Below, one piece after another: positions 48,426-58,083 of a stretch of DNA of 64,000 nucleotides. This stretch comes from Oceanispirochaeta sp. (GTDB lineage: Bacteria > Spirochaetota > Spirochaetia > DSM-2461): assembly GCA_963666275.2 (NCBI GenBank), contig CAXXOA010000001.1, positions 1,056,001 through 1,120,000 of the forward strand. Direction: 5' to 3'. Each line of letters opens with the position of its first letter. Within the stretch, counting starts at the first letter, position 1. Made by a program: the position numbers and the translations under genes. The notes beneath the pieces were generated by a model, which was given only the letters and a program-made list of their open reading frames with translations, was not told the DNA's origin and did no database searches.

Positions 48426-49447
48426 GCCCCCTCCCGCAGAACCCGGGGGGCATCGCCTCTGGCAAAGCTGAGCTCCCTTTCAAGGGGTTTCACCCGCATG
48501 GAAAGGCAGCCTATGCACTGGATCCCGCTTTCATCCAGGCAGATCTTTCCCGGGTAGAGCAGATAGTCTTTTTTATAGTCCACCTGGGTCAGATTGGGCA
48601 TCAGCACATTGGCGCCTGCCCTGATCATCTGCTCCCTTCCGTCCGGTTCGAGTGTTCCGGCGGCGGTTGTGGCGGGGATATGGGTTTCAGGCAGGGCCAG
48701 GCGGAGGAGAGCCACCCCCCGGACTGCTTCTTCTATTCCCTGTTGGGGAGCCTCTTTCAGAGGAGTATCCGGATGGGGAATGAAGGGGCCGATTCCTACC
48801 ATATCCAGTTTCAGTTCCTGAGCCAGCAGAATATTCTGCAGTCTGATCTCCGCTGTCTCTTCGGGCAGGCCCAGCATAAAGCCGCTTCCTACCTGAAAGC
48901 CCGCGGCTCTGATATCCTCCAGAGCCTGCAGACGCAGGGCCAGAGTTTTTCCGTCCCGCAGATAGGCATGCAGGGCGGGATCGGAGGTTTCAAAACGCAG
49001 CAGATACCTGTCTGCCCCGGCCGCAGCCATTTCCCGGTACTCCTGAGCGCTCCTCATGCCGCAGCTCAGGGTCACTGCCGCTTCTCCCCGGGACATCTCT
49101 TTCAGGGATTCAATAACACGGCAGATTTTTTCGGTTGTATACACCGGATCTTCCCCGCCCTGGAGAACAAAGGTACGCAAACCCCGGTCAAAACCGGCCC
49201 GGGCCGCTTCAATGAGCTTGTCTTCCTCAATGCGATAGCGGTTTACATTCCGATTGCTTTTCCGGATGCCGCAGTAGAGACAGTTGCTGATACAGTAATT
49301 GGTATATTCCAGAAGTCCCCTGAGGAGGACATCCTTTCCGTGAACCCTGCGGCAGACGCTGCCGCCAAGGGCAATCAGTTCTTCCGTAGGGGCATGATAG
49401 AACAGATCTCTCAGTTCTTCCGGTTTCAGAGCTGTGGGGATATTCAT
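48422..49447 (-). CDS. hydE: [FeFe]-hydrogenase maturation radical SAM protein
   Basis: CISNCLYC, LQGGED, RYLLRFET, GPFIPHPDTPL, YLLYPGKIC. Confidence 0.94.
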   Translation of the reverse strand: MNIPTALKPEELRDLFYHAPTEELIALGGSVCRRVHGKDVLLRGLLEYTNYCISNCLYCGIRKSNRNVNRYRIEEDKLIEAARAGFDRGLRTFVLQGGEDPVYTTEKICRVIESLKEMSRGEAAVTLSCGMRSAQEYREMAAAGADRYLLRFETSDPALHAYLRDGKTLALRLQALEDIRAAGFQVGSGFMLGLPEETAEIRLQNILLAQELKLDMVGIGPFIPHPDTPLKEAPQQGIEEAVRGVALLRLALPETHIPATTAAGTLEPDGREQMIRAGANVLMPNLTQVDYKKDYLLYPGKICLDESGIQCIGCLSMRVKPLERELSFARGDAPRVLREGA

Positions 49448-49642
49448 AGTTCCTCTCCATCAGATTTCATCTTTTGGTCAGACAGGTTTAAACCTGAATC
49501 TTTAAGTCTCCTTGAAAACCGGTAGGTACCGCCTTTCTCAGATTAAAACCAGTATCCTTTATGGAGAGGACTTTTGTCAAGAATGAATAATTAAATATCG
49601 ATTCAAATGTTTCTAAATAACTCGGGTATTCCCGGGGAAGGA

Positions 49643-49984
49643 CTAAATCTTCCCGAAACTTGTGAGGATCCTTTCCAGTTTGGGCTCCAGTACATCCATA
49701 ACGATGAAACGTCCCTCCCGGAGGACCTCTCTTGAATTCACAAAAATGAGGATCACCGGGACATTGTAGAGGCTGTACTGTCCGGCAATCATGGGATCAG
49801 TCTCCAGATAGCAGTCGTATCCCTTTACCTGGGGGTATTTCTCCAGCAGAGCCTCCACATTGGGCTTGACCGCATGGCAGACTCCGCAGTCGTGACGGCT
49901 GAAGTACATGAGATTGACTTCATCCTCTGTACTGATAACGTCCTGTACATCCTGAAATGTTTTAAGTGTCTTAATGAATCCCAT
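49643..49984 (-). CDS. Thioredoxin-family protein
   Basis: CGVC motif, VP. Confidence 0.85.
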   Translation of the reverse strand: MGFIKTLKTFQDVQDVISTEDEVNLMYFSRHDCGVCHAVKPNVEALLEKYPQVKGYDCYLETDPMIAGQYSLYNVPVILIFVNSREVLREGRFIVMDVLEPKLERILTSFGKI

Positions 49985-50084
49985 AATTTCTGAATATAAT
50001 AAAAAACATATATAAAGTAAATTGCCGACAGGAAAAAAAATTAAAGAAGGGAAAGGAAGGAGTGAAATAGAGGAATCCCTTATA

Positions 50085-50117
50085 AAAATAAACCCCTCCG
50101 CTACACCAACGGAGGGG
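50085..50117 (-). terminator. Intrinsic terminator
   Basis: 8-bp stem cccctccg/cggagggg followed by TTTATTTTT on the minus strand. Confidence 0.75.
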
Positions 50118-50251
50118 CCAGGAAACTGTTATAAAGGAATCTATGTCATTTACATCGGCAACATGAACTAACAGATCATGTATTAGATGTTTATAATATA
50201 ATTAGCATTGCCTAATTATGCAAGTCTTTTTTCAAAAAAAATAGTAAAAAG

Positions 50252-51532
50252 CTAGGAATTGTGAATATCCCCGTAATATCTCTGTCCGAAAAAGTTCCCC
50301 AGGATGGTTCTCAGGTTATGGTCAATCTCCGCATAGGAGTAGTATTTCAGGCCCAGATTGTAGTTCTTATTGGTCATTTTCTCTACCACATCGGGGTTAT
50401 CCAGCAGATATTCCACCTCTTTAATGGTTTCGTTGGTAATAAAATCATCTATCTCTACCACTTCAAACCCCTTGGGCTTTATATCATGGGAGTAAATGGA
50501 GTAATTGTTCACCAGTATGGGCTTCCGGAACCAGATGGTCTCCAGGAAGGCATTGCCGAAACCCTCTATCAGGGACGGGTAGGTAACGAAATCCGCATGG
50601 GGATAGATATCCTGCAGGGTATATACCTTTCTGCCGTCGGGAAGGATCTTCCTCTGCTCCTGAATCAGCTCCTCCACAAAAATGGCTCTTACATGGAGAA
50701 GATCCGCAAACTCTCTGACCCGGTTTTCATACTCGAACCCTTCGTCTCCCGAGGCATGGGAGATGACAAACACGCTTTTTCTCCCTTTCAGACGGGAGAC
50801 CATCTCTATGGCATGTTCGATTCCCTTCCGCTGAACAACCCGGGTGGGCTGCAGGATCAGCAGTTCATCCTCTTCTATACCCAGTGCCTGGCGGATGTCC
50901 CTGCTGTAATCGTCAATGCCGGGAGGATCGTTCTCAAAATCCATCACATTGGGAATCAGAGTCGAGGCGATTCCCGTTCTGAGAGCCAGCTGATTCTGTC
51001 CTGATGTATTGATAACCACATGGGAAACGCTGTTCAGGTGGGGGGGATAGCAGGAGTTGATATAATCCCAGACGCAATTTGTAAGGAACCTCTTCCTCTC
51101 CCAGAAAAAATCATGGTGATGGGCAATGGTAGGAATATTCGTTTCAGCTATATATTCTGTTATGGCCATGGCAAGAGGGACGTTCAGAGGAATGGTTACC
51201 GCATTCTGCGGTATAAGGACATCAATCTGAAACTTTTCCACAAAGGCATAGATGTGGCTTTTATAGATATCCCGCCATTTATGGATCCGGTCCGTCAGCT
51301 CTCTCGGCCTTACACGCTGTTTAAAGCACTGCTCGTAAATATCCTTTGATTCGGGATACTGAAAATGGAGGGATTCCACGAGCATGCTGACCTCTTTAGG
51401 TCTGTCCAGCTCTCCTGCCAGGTAGTAGCAGGTGTGTCCCATCCTTTCCAGTACGGTCGCCCATTTTGAAATTTCAAGGCTGACCCCGTCTGTTCCGGCG
51501 ATTCTGAATGAAATAAACCCAATTTTTTTCAT
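50252..51532 (-). CDS. GT4 glycosyltransferase, mannosylglucosylglycerate-synthase-like
   Basis: DGVSLEISKW, HHHDFFWER, PTRVVQRKGIE, EGFGNAFLE. Confidence 0.8.
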   Translation of the reverse strand: MKKIGFISFRIAGTDGVSLEISKWATVLERMGHTCYYLAGELDRPKEVSMLVESLHFQYPESKDIYEQCFKQRVRPRELTDRIHKWRDIYKSHIYAFVEKFQIDVLIPQNAVTIPLNVPLAMAITEYIAETNIPTIAHHHDFFWERKRFLTNCVWDYINSCYPPHLNSVSHVVINTSGQNQLALRTGIASTLIPNVMDFENDPPGIDDYSRDIRQALGIEEDELLILQPTRVVQRKGIEHAIEMVSRLKGRKSVFVISHASGDEGFEYENRVREFADLLHVRAIFVEELIQEQRKILPDGRKVYTLQDIYPHADFVTYPSLIEGFGNAFLETIWFRKPILVNNYSIYSHDIKPKGFEVVEIDDFITNETIKEVEYLLDNPDVVEKMTNKNYNLGLKYYSYAEIDHNLRTILGNFFGQRYYGDIHNS

Positions 51533-51598
51533 GATGCCTCCCGCTCAAGTGCTAATAATAATCTTAGAGTCATAGGGAGAGGTTTTACAATGTTTTTT

Positions 51599-51955
51599 TC
51601 ATTTCATCCCTTTCCCGCCGGGTTTTCCAAGGATCTCAGACCACACAAAGGCTTTCTGGAGGGGAGGGAGGGCTTCCAGTTTTCTGAGAGGCTCATTGAC
51701 GGCGGACCCGGAAAAACCCTCCCGGCTGTCCCGGAGTATACGGCCCGGCAGGGGGCCTTCGTTTCTTCGGGAAAGGGATTCAGCTGGCTCTTTCTCCTCT
51801 TCTGTCTTCTCTCTGAGAGGTTTTTTTTTCAGATCCCCCCCCTTTTTCAGTTTCCTTTTCTGAAGAAACCGCATAATCCCGGGACTGAAGGCCAGGAAAA
51901 AGAGGAGGAACAGCGGAGGAAGCATCTCAAGGAGTTCACCGGAAAACTCTTCCAT
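51599..51955 (-). CDS. Hypothetical membrane-anchored protein at the end of the floA operon
   Basis: N-terminal TM, C-terminal AFVWSEILGKP (YqfB-like ending); abuts floA. Confidence 0.7.
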   Translation of the reverse strand: MEEFSGELLEMLPPLFLLFFLAFSPGIMRFLQKRKLKKGGDLKKKPLREKTEEEKEPAESLSRRNEGPLPGRILRDSREGFSGSAVNEPLRKLEALPPLQKAFVWSEILGKPGGKGMK

Positions 51956-52962
51956 TATTTCTGCCCTTCCGGATCATTCATTCCTGACTCTCCGGCTATA
52001 TTGTTTCTCATTGTGGTATCAGCCTGAATATTCCGCATCCTGTAGTAGTCCATAATTCCCAGATTGCCGCTGCGGAAGGCCTCGGCCATGGCTTTGGGTA
52101 CTTCCACCTCGGCCAGGACGACTTTGGCCCGGTTTTCCCTTTCCAGAGCGATATTCTCCTGTTCCAGAGCCCGTGCGGCTGCCCGTCTCTGTTCGGCCAC
52201 CGCCTGAAAGCGCCTCTTGTCAGCCTCCGCCTGATCCGCCTGGAGCTTGGCGCCCACATTTTCTCCCACATCCACATCGGCGATATCGATAGAGAGGATT
52301 TCAAAGGCGGTTCCCGCGTCCAGTCCCTTTTCCAGAACCCTTTTCGAGATAAGATCGGGATTTTCAAGGACTTCCTTGTAGGTCACGGCCGAACCGATGG
52401 TTGTGACGATACCTTCTCCCACCCTGGCAATGATGGTCTCTTCGGTCGCTCCTCCCACGAGCCTCTCTATATTGGCTCTCACTGTAACTCGGGCCCGGGC
52501 TTTCAGCTGAATCCCGTCTTTGGCCACCGCATCAATGGTTATCCTGCCTTTCTGGGGATTGGGGCAGTCTATCACCTTGGGGTTAACGCTGGTCCGCACG
52601 GCATCGAGCACATCCCTTCCCGCCAGATCAATGGCGGCGGCTTTCTGAAAGTTCAGAGGAATGGCCGCTTTGTTGGCAGCGATCAGGGCTTTGCTCACTT
52701 TTATAACATCCCCTCCTGCCAGATAGTGGGTCTCCAGCAGGTCCGAATCGGTCTGCAGACCCGCTTTGGTCAGCATGATTCTGCTGTCTACGATCACATT
52801 GGATTTCACCCGTCTGATCCACATTCCCACAAGGCGGCCCATCGTAATATGAGCTCCCGACAGGAGTGCTCTGAACCAGAGACTGAAAAATTTGAGAAAA
52901 AAAGCCACAAGTATCAGAATCAGTATGCCAATAACCACATAGGCGATAATCTGTACCATCAT
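51955..52962 (-). CDS. floA: Flotillin-like protein FloA (YqfA)
   Basis: [56 protein letters not shown]. Confidence 0.94.
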   Translation of the reverse strand: MMVQIIAYVVIGILILILVAFFLKFFSLWFRALLSGAHITMGRLVGMWIRRVKSNVIVDSRIMLTKAGLQTDSDLLETHYLAGGDVIKVSKALIAANKAAIPLNFQKAAAIDLAGRDVLDAVRTSVNPKVIDCPNPQKGRITIDAVAKDGIQLKARARVTVRANIERLVGGATEETIIARVGEGIVTTIGSAVTYKEVLENPDLISKRVLEKGLDAGTAFEILSIDIADVDVGENVGAKLQADQAEADKRRFQAVAEQRRAAARALEQENIALERENRAKVVLAEVEVPKAMAEAFRSGNLGIMDYYRMRNIQADTTMRNNIAGESGMNDPEGQK

Positions 52963-53450
52963 TCTCCTCCTCGTCTTTCATCAGGATCTGAAATTTTCCT
53001 TACTTCGATCCTGTTACCGTCAATCTTTCTGATCTCGATCGGTGATCCGACGGCAATATAGTCACCACCGGTCACAACACTGACCTTTTTCTGCTCAATC
53101 AGGGCAGTTCCCGATGGTCTCAGGTCTGTCAGGGCCTTTCCTGTCATCCCGGGGTGGAACAATCCCTCTTCTTCCCCATTTTCAGGGGGAAAGAGGATCA
53201 GTTTCTTTCCGATCCTGCTGCGGGGAAATCGTTTGAACCAGAGCACGATAACCAGAGGATTGAGAACCACAAGTGCTGCTATGAACAGAATCCCCGCGGT
53301 GGGGCCGTACCAGGTAAATCCGATCACAACGGCGGCGATCATACATCCCGCTCCCACCAGACCGATCAGACCCGCTGCCGGAACAAAAAGCTCAATCACC
53401 AGGGCTGCCAGACCAATCACAGCCAGAAGGATCGCATAAATCAGGTTCAT
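52959..53450 (-). CDS. Short NfeD-family membrane protein
   Basis: Three TM helices plus OB-fold TDLRPSG. Confidence 0.85.
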   Translation of the reverse strand: MNLIYAILLAVIGLAALVIELFVPAAGLIGLVGAGCMIAAVVIGFTWYGPTAGILFIAALVVLNPLVIVLWFKRFPRSRIGKKLILFPPENGEEEGLFHPGMTGKALTDLRPSGTALIEQKKVSVVTGGDYIAVGSPIEIRKIDGNRIEVRKISDPDERRGGE

Positions 53451-54901
53451 AGGCGCATCACCTTTATCCGGTTTCCCGACTTTTCTATAATCTGGATCGG
53501 GCTTCCCGCGGCAATGTACTCTCCGTCCGACTCCACAGGGAAAATCTCATCATCAAACTGCCCTTTTCCGGCTGGCCGTAAATCTGTCAGGGCGATGCCT
53601 GTTCGGACTCCCGGGGGAGTCTGTACCGGAAGTGTCTCTTCCTGTATCTCCGGTGTCGTGAGGATCAGTCTGCTGAACAGGGGAAGCCGGGGAAAGAGAG
53701 CCATGATCAGAGCGGCCAGAACCCCCGAGGAGACGAGGGCCACCATCACGATCAGGAGATTCCTCAGAAAAAGTTCAATCTGCCACTGATAGTCGGGGAT
53801 GATGAAATCCTGACGGGAGAACACAAGACCCGCTGCCATCAGAGCCAGACCGGAAATGCCTGTTACACCGAAACCGGGTATCAGGAAAATTTCCACAGCC
53901 AGAAGCATGACTCCCAGGATAAAAAGGAGCAGTTCCAGAGACCCCATGGTTCCCATCAGGGCTCCTCCCAGGAATACCACGGAAAATGCGGCAATGGCCA
54001 CAGTGCCGGGAATTCCGAATCCCGGGCTTGTGATTTCAAGATACACAGCCACCAGTCCCAGAGTGATGAGGAGGCTTGTAACAACACCTCCTGTCATCAG
54101 CGCCACCAGTTGGTCCGCCCGGGACTCCTCCAGAACAATCACATCCTCTTCTTTCAGATTCAGACGTTTCAGGAGTTCCGCCCGGGAGGCAACGGTTCCT
54201 GAGGAGATCCCGTACTTCTCCATCTCGCCCGCCGTCAGGGTGAGGAGCTTTCCCTTGCCTGATATCACAGGCCCGGGGATGAGCTCCTGTCCCTGGGCGG
54301 CAGTTCTTTCTGTCAGCGAAGACAGCTCGGAATCCCGTATAAGCTGCAGCCGGCCGTCCATTGTGACCTCTCTGACAATCACATCCATGTCCACCATCCC
54401 CAGAGCCGCGGCCGCGGGGTATCCGTTCTTTTCCGCCAGAGCCGCCATCTGGCCTCTCACGGCGGAAACGGTTTTTTCCGGAGCCATGGTCATCCCTTCG
54501 GTAGACTGATACACAGGAGCCGCCGCCCCCAGGGAGGTCCCGGAAGCCATATAGATTTTATTGGCTGAAAAAGAGATGAGAGCTCCGGCGGACCAGCTGA
54601 CTCCCAGAGATTCCGCTCCGGCGGATATGAATGCCACCGTCTCTGTTTCACTGAGCGAACCGATCAGGGTGGCTATCTGAAGGGCCGTGTCGACCCGGCC
54701 GCCGAAGGTATTGATATCAAAAATGATCCTGTCGGCATCGCCGGCTTTTTCAATGCTGCGCCTGAGGAAGATCAGCCTGAAAGGCTCAATATCCCCCTGG
54801 AGTGGAATGATATAGGTATTTCCGGGCAGTAAGCCCACAGTACAGAAAAGCAGGAGACAGAAGCAGAGAGCTTTCCGGATAGAAACAGGAGAGTTTTTCA
54901 T
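53447..54901 (-). CDS. Long NfeD (membrane-bound ClpP-class serine protease, YqeZ-like)
   Basis: INTFGG, SAGALI, GAAAP, GKLLTLT, PGFG, TDLRPAG. Confidence 0.88.
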   Translation of the reverse strand: MKNSPVSIRKALCFCLLLFCTVGLLPGNTYIIPLQGDIEPFRLIFLRRSIEKAGDADRIIFDINTFGGRVDTALQIATLIGSLSETETVAFISAGAESLGVSWSAGALISFSANKIYMASGTSLGAAAPVYQSTEGMTMAPEKTVSAVRGQMAALAEKNGYPAAAALGMVDMDVIVREVTMDGRLQLIRDSELSSLTERTAAQGQELIPGPVISGKGKLLTLTAGEMEKYGISSGTVASRAELLKRLNLKEEDVIVLEESRADQLVALMTGGVVTSLLITLGLVAVYLEITSPGFGIPGTVAIAAFSVVFLGGALMGTMGSLELLLFILGVMLLAVEIFLIPGFGVTGISGLALMAAGLVFSRQDFIIPDYQWQIELFLRNLLIVMVALVSSGVLAALIMALFPRLPLFSRLILTTPEIQEETLPVQTPPGVRTGIALTDLRPAGKGQFDDEIFPVESDGEYIAAGSPIQIIEKSGNRIKVMRL

Positions 54902-54930
54902 CGGATACTCCTGAACTAAATATTAGTCTA

Positions 54931-55659
54931 TTGGAACAGGGGATGCAAAAGGGTATAATCCTTTTCACCATGACAGATATGACCGATTTCTATCCTCCCG
55001 GCATCAAAGTGGCATTTTTTGACCTTGACGAGACTCTGATCAGCAGGGATTCCGATACAGAATGGGCCCGATGGCGGGCCCGGCGAAGCCTCTGGGGCTG
55101 GAGGGATCTTCTGGGAATGAGAAGGATCAACAGGCTCTATTACTCTCACAGGCTCACAGCCCGGGAGTATGGTCAGTACCATCTCTCGCGGGCCTCCTCC
55201 ATGAGCACCAGCCGGTATCCTCTTCTGGCCTCCCGTTTTGCCCGGACCGCGGGAAAGGCACTTGTGTACCCTGAAATGGCAGCTGTTCTGAAGGCGGGAG
55301 CAGAGCGGGATATAAGGAATATTATGATAACCGCTCAGGATGAAGTGATCGGATCGGCCTTTGCGTCCCTTCTGGATATTCCTGTCTGTATTGCCAGCAG
55401 GTATACCACAGAGAATCAGCGCTATACGGGCATGATCTCCCCCCTGGTCTTTCAGGAGGGCAAAGTTTTCTGGGCCGGGGAATACCTGAAAAAAGAGAAT
55501 CTGAGCTTTGAAGAGTGTGCGTTCTTTTCGGACAGTCTGAATGATCTGCCCCTTCTGGAGAAGTGCGGATTTCCCGTGGCCGTTCACCCCGGAAAGGAAC
55601 TGGAGGCTCTGGCAGAAAAAAGATCCTGGCCTGTCCTCCGTCCCTCTCTGTCAGAATAG
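54931..55659 (+). CDS. HAD-IB family hydrolase
   Basis: FFDLDETL, GK, SDSLNDLPLL. Real start probably 54970-54979. Confidence 0.85.
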   Translation: MEQGMQKGIILFTMTDMTDFYPPGIKVAFFDLDETLISRDSDTEWARWRARRSLWGWRDLLGMRRINRLYYSHRLTAREYGQYHLSRASSMSTSRYPLLASRFARTAGKALVYPEMAAVLKAGAERDIRNIMITAQDEVIGSAFASLLDIPVCIASRYTTENQRYTGMISPLVFQEGKVFWAGEYLKKENLSFEECAFFSDSLNDLPLLEKCGFPVAVHPGKELEALAEKRSWPVLRPSLSE

Positions 55660-56610
55660 TTCTATCGTTCCCTCCTGAACCATGGAGGAAAAGTCGAATT
55701 CCTCGACCGCTTCGGGATTCCAGTTCAGATTGAAGATAAATTTCTGTATGATCCGGGCTTCCTGTGACAGGGACAGCTGATCCTTCAGAATGTACTCAAA
55801 ACAGAGCTGGGGAGTGTTGCCGCCGAAAGAGATATTCTTGCTCTTGTTGTTGATAATTATGGGAACCTGAATATCCAGGCCTGTAGAGTCATAGAACCCG
55901 TCTTTGATAAACACATTCTTGAACCCTCCCCACATAAGGTTGGTCAGTTCTCCGATCATGGGAGGGATGGACAGTTCCGGTTCTTTGGAATAGTCCGGAT
56001 TCTTTCCGCTCTGTCTCAGAACGCTGTGAAGATTCTCCATATCCACCTGAACCATCATATATCCCCGGCACCAGCTTGTATTGACCGGGATCAGAGAGAC
56101 AACCTCTCCGTAGATAATCTTATCCCGGATAAGAGTCGGGGCGGGGGTGTGGATCTCCATGCCCCTTACAAGGGATTCTATGCTCCTGACGGAAAACTCC
56201 TGAATCTGTTTTATCATTTCCGCCGGATATTTGAGTATGAAAATATGGCTTGTTAACAGTTTGGAAAGTTTTTCCGCTTCTGAAATGTGAAAAAAACCGT
56301 CAAAAAGATGGGGCTTGTCAGAAGGGATCTCTTTTTCATCCTCTTTGTTTTCCAGTCTCAGGAACAGGGGGAGTTCGGGGCGGATCAGCTTGAGTTTTTC
56401 GGCCAGTTCAATATAGTTGCCCTGATTATTTACAAATAGGGCGCCCAGATGGATATTCTTGCTGAGAATAACATCTATTATCTCAAGATCGCCTATGGAC
56501 CGCAGTCCCGTCAGATTGTTTTTTTCAAAAATCTTTTTCAGCTTGGGAAGAACCGAAATGTCTGTATCAAAGGTCAGAACCTTGCTGTTGAGAGATAACT
56601 CTTCATTCAT
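55651..56610 (-). CDS. Protein with C-terminal CheX-like phosphatase domain
   Basis: GELTNLMWG ExxN motif followed by IQVPIII. Confidence 0.6.
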   Translation of the reverse strand: MNEELSLNSKVLTFDTDISVLPKLKKIFEKNNLTGLRSIGDLEIIDVILSKNIHLGALFVNNQGNYIELAEKLKLIRPELPLFLRLENKEDEKEIPSDKPHLFDGFFHISEAEKLSKLLTSHIFILKYPAEMIKQIQEFSVRSIESLVRGMEIHTPAPTLIRDKIIYGEVVSLIPVNTSWCRGYMMVQVDMENLHSVLRQSGKNPDYSKEPELSIPPMIGELTNLMWGGFKNVFIKDGFYDSTGLDIQVPIIINNKSKNISFGGNTPQLCFEYILKDQLSLSQEARIIQKFIFNLNWNPEAVEEFDFSSMVQEGTIELF

Positions 56611-56684
56611 TGAGATACTCCTGTTTTATAGTACAGATAAAATTGTAATACATTTCCCGGGGAAAGGGAGTATTTTTTCCGATT

Positions 56685-58073
56685 CTATTCCTCTTCAGGG
56701 TCCATATTCAGAGCGGCCGCCTCATGGGGCATGGTTCTGTGGTAGGGTCTGAAATAGGTTTTGGGAGAGTAGTCGTAGAGATCGGAAACCTTTGTCATAT
56801 AGATACAGGCATACCTTTCCACCTGCTCAGCATAACGGCTCTCATCGTAACCCGAACGGAGGATCTCTCCCCAGTAGGGATTGAAGAAGGATTTATACTT
56901 TTTAAGGAGTTCCGATACCTGGGTATTCAGCTTGTCCATGGCTTCAAACAGATCGTTGATATCACTGCGGGGGATGTTCTCTCCTTCGAAACGAAGGGCA
57001 TCCAGTCTGTTTATCTCCCTTTCCAGGGTTGTCTTTTTTTTCATCAGTTCATTGATCTTCTGCTGTACAGGCCGGGCATTCACAAGACCTTCCATTTCTC
57101 TTTCCAGATCATTGAGAACCAGGGCTGTCCGCCAGTTGCAGGTTTTTTTGATAGAGACGACGTCACCGTAGATATGGTCGCCCAGGTAGAGGATCTCGCT
57201 TCCCGAATAGCCCATGTCCTGCTGAAGTTTGCCGAACCAGCCGCCCTGATAGATCCCTGTATCCACTTTGCCGTCGTAGTTGCTCATCAGCGCTGTTTCA
57301 GGGTCAATTTTCAGAAACCTTCCTCTCCGTTCAAAAAAGCGGGGTTTGTCCGCAAAGGTGATGACAAGATCAAAGACTTCCTGCCATGTGCGGTGCTTTT
57401 TCAGATAGGGGTTGATGGCGTAATCCAGAAGCACCCGGGAGTACTCATAGTCGGAATTGGTAATGATCATCAGTTTTTTACCGTAATCCTTGTACCGTTC
57501 CAGCATGCCCGCCACCTGGGGATCCCTAACGACATATCTGTCGAAATCTTCTCTGAGCCTGGATTTTATACTGTCGTCCTGATGAAGCTGATCAATCGCA
57601 TGATTCACATCATCCGCCAGCACATGATAGGGGGGAAGGTCCAGCCCGTCGTTCTTGAGCTGCACAAGCTGGGAGTAGAGAACGCCGTTTGAAATGGCGA
57701 AAGAGGTATCAAGACTCTGAAAATCCGGATCCCGCAGATCGATGGCCATTTCCTGGTAGATCTTTTGCTGCCTGTAGTAGTCAAGCTGATTCAGACCATG
57801 ATAGGCCTGCTTCACCTTGCCGTGCCGGCTCACCTGCAAAAGATTGCCGTTCCGCCGGTCAATGACCAGTCCCACAATGGCTCTCTGAAAATCAAACTCC
57901 AGCCGGGCGACCTCTTCGGGATAGTCAAAGGCTTCGGTCAGACGCCGGGCTGCCAGGTTATGGGTGAGAGTTTCGAACTCCTCCGCATTATACCGGACCA
58001 GTGTATAGTCCATATCAAAGCCGATCAGCTTGATATTTTTCATATTCAGAACACGATTGATAAATACTGCCAT
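56685..58073 (-). CDS. HAD-IG 5'-nucleotidase (cN-II family)
   Basis: GFDMDYTL, ITNS, KPRFF, YLGDHIYGD. Confidence 0.92.
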   Translation of the reverse strand: MAVFINRVLNMKNIKLIGFDMDYTLVRYNAEEFETLTHNLAARRLTEAFDYPEEVARLEFDFQRAIVGLVIDRRNGNLLQVSRHGKVKQAYHGLNQLDYYRQQKIYQEMAIDLRDPDFQSLDTSFAISNGVLYSQLVQLKNDGLDLPPYHVLADDVNHAIDQLHQDDSIKSRLREDFDRYVVRDPQVAGMLERYKDYGKKLMIITNSDYEYSRVLLDYAINPYLKKHRTWQEVFDLVITFADKPRFFERRGRFLKIDPETALMSNYDGKVDTGIYQGGWFGKLQQDMGYSGSEILYLGDHIYGDVVSIKKTCNWRTALVLNDLEREMEGLVNARPVQQKINELMKKKTTLEREINRLDALRFEGENIPRSDINDLFEAMDKLNTQVSELLKKYKSFFNPYWGEILRSGYDESRYAEQVERYACIYMTKVSDLYDYSPKTYFRPYHRTMPHEAAALNMDPEEE

Positions 58074-58083
58074 AACAGAAATA

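Noticed and set aside
49483..49590. Palindrome caggtttaaacctg and a weak Rex-like word upstream of hydE
   Set aside because: Match to the Rex consensus is too poor, and a single palindrome is not enough evidence.
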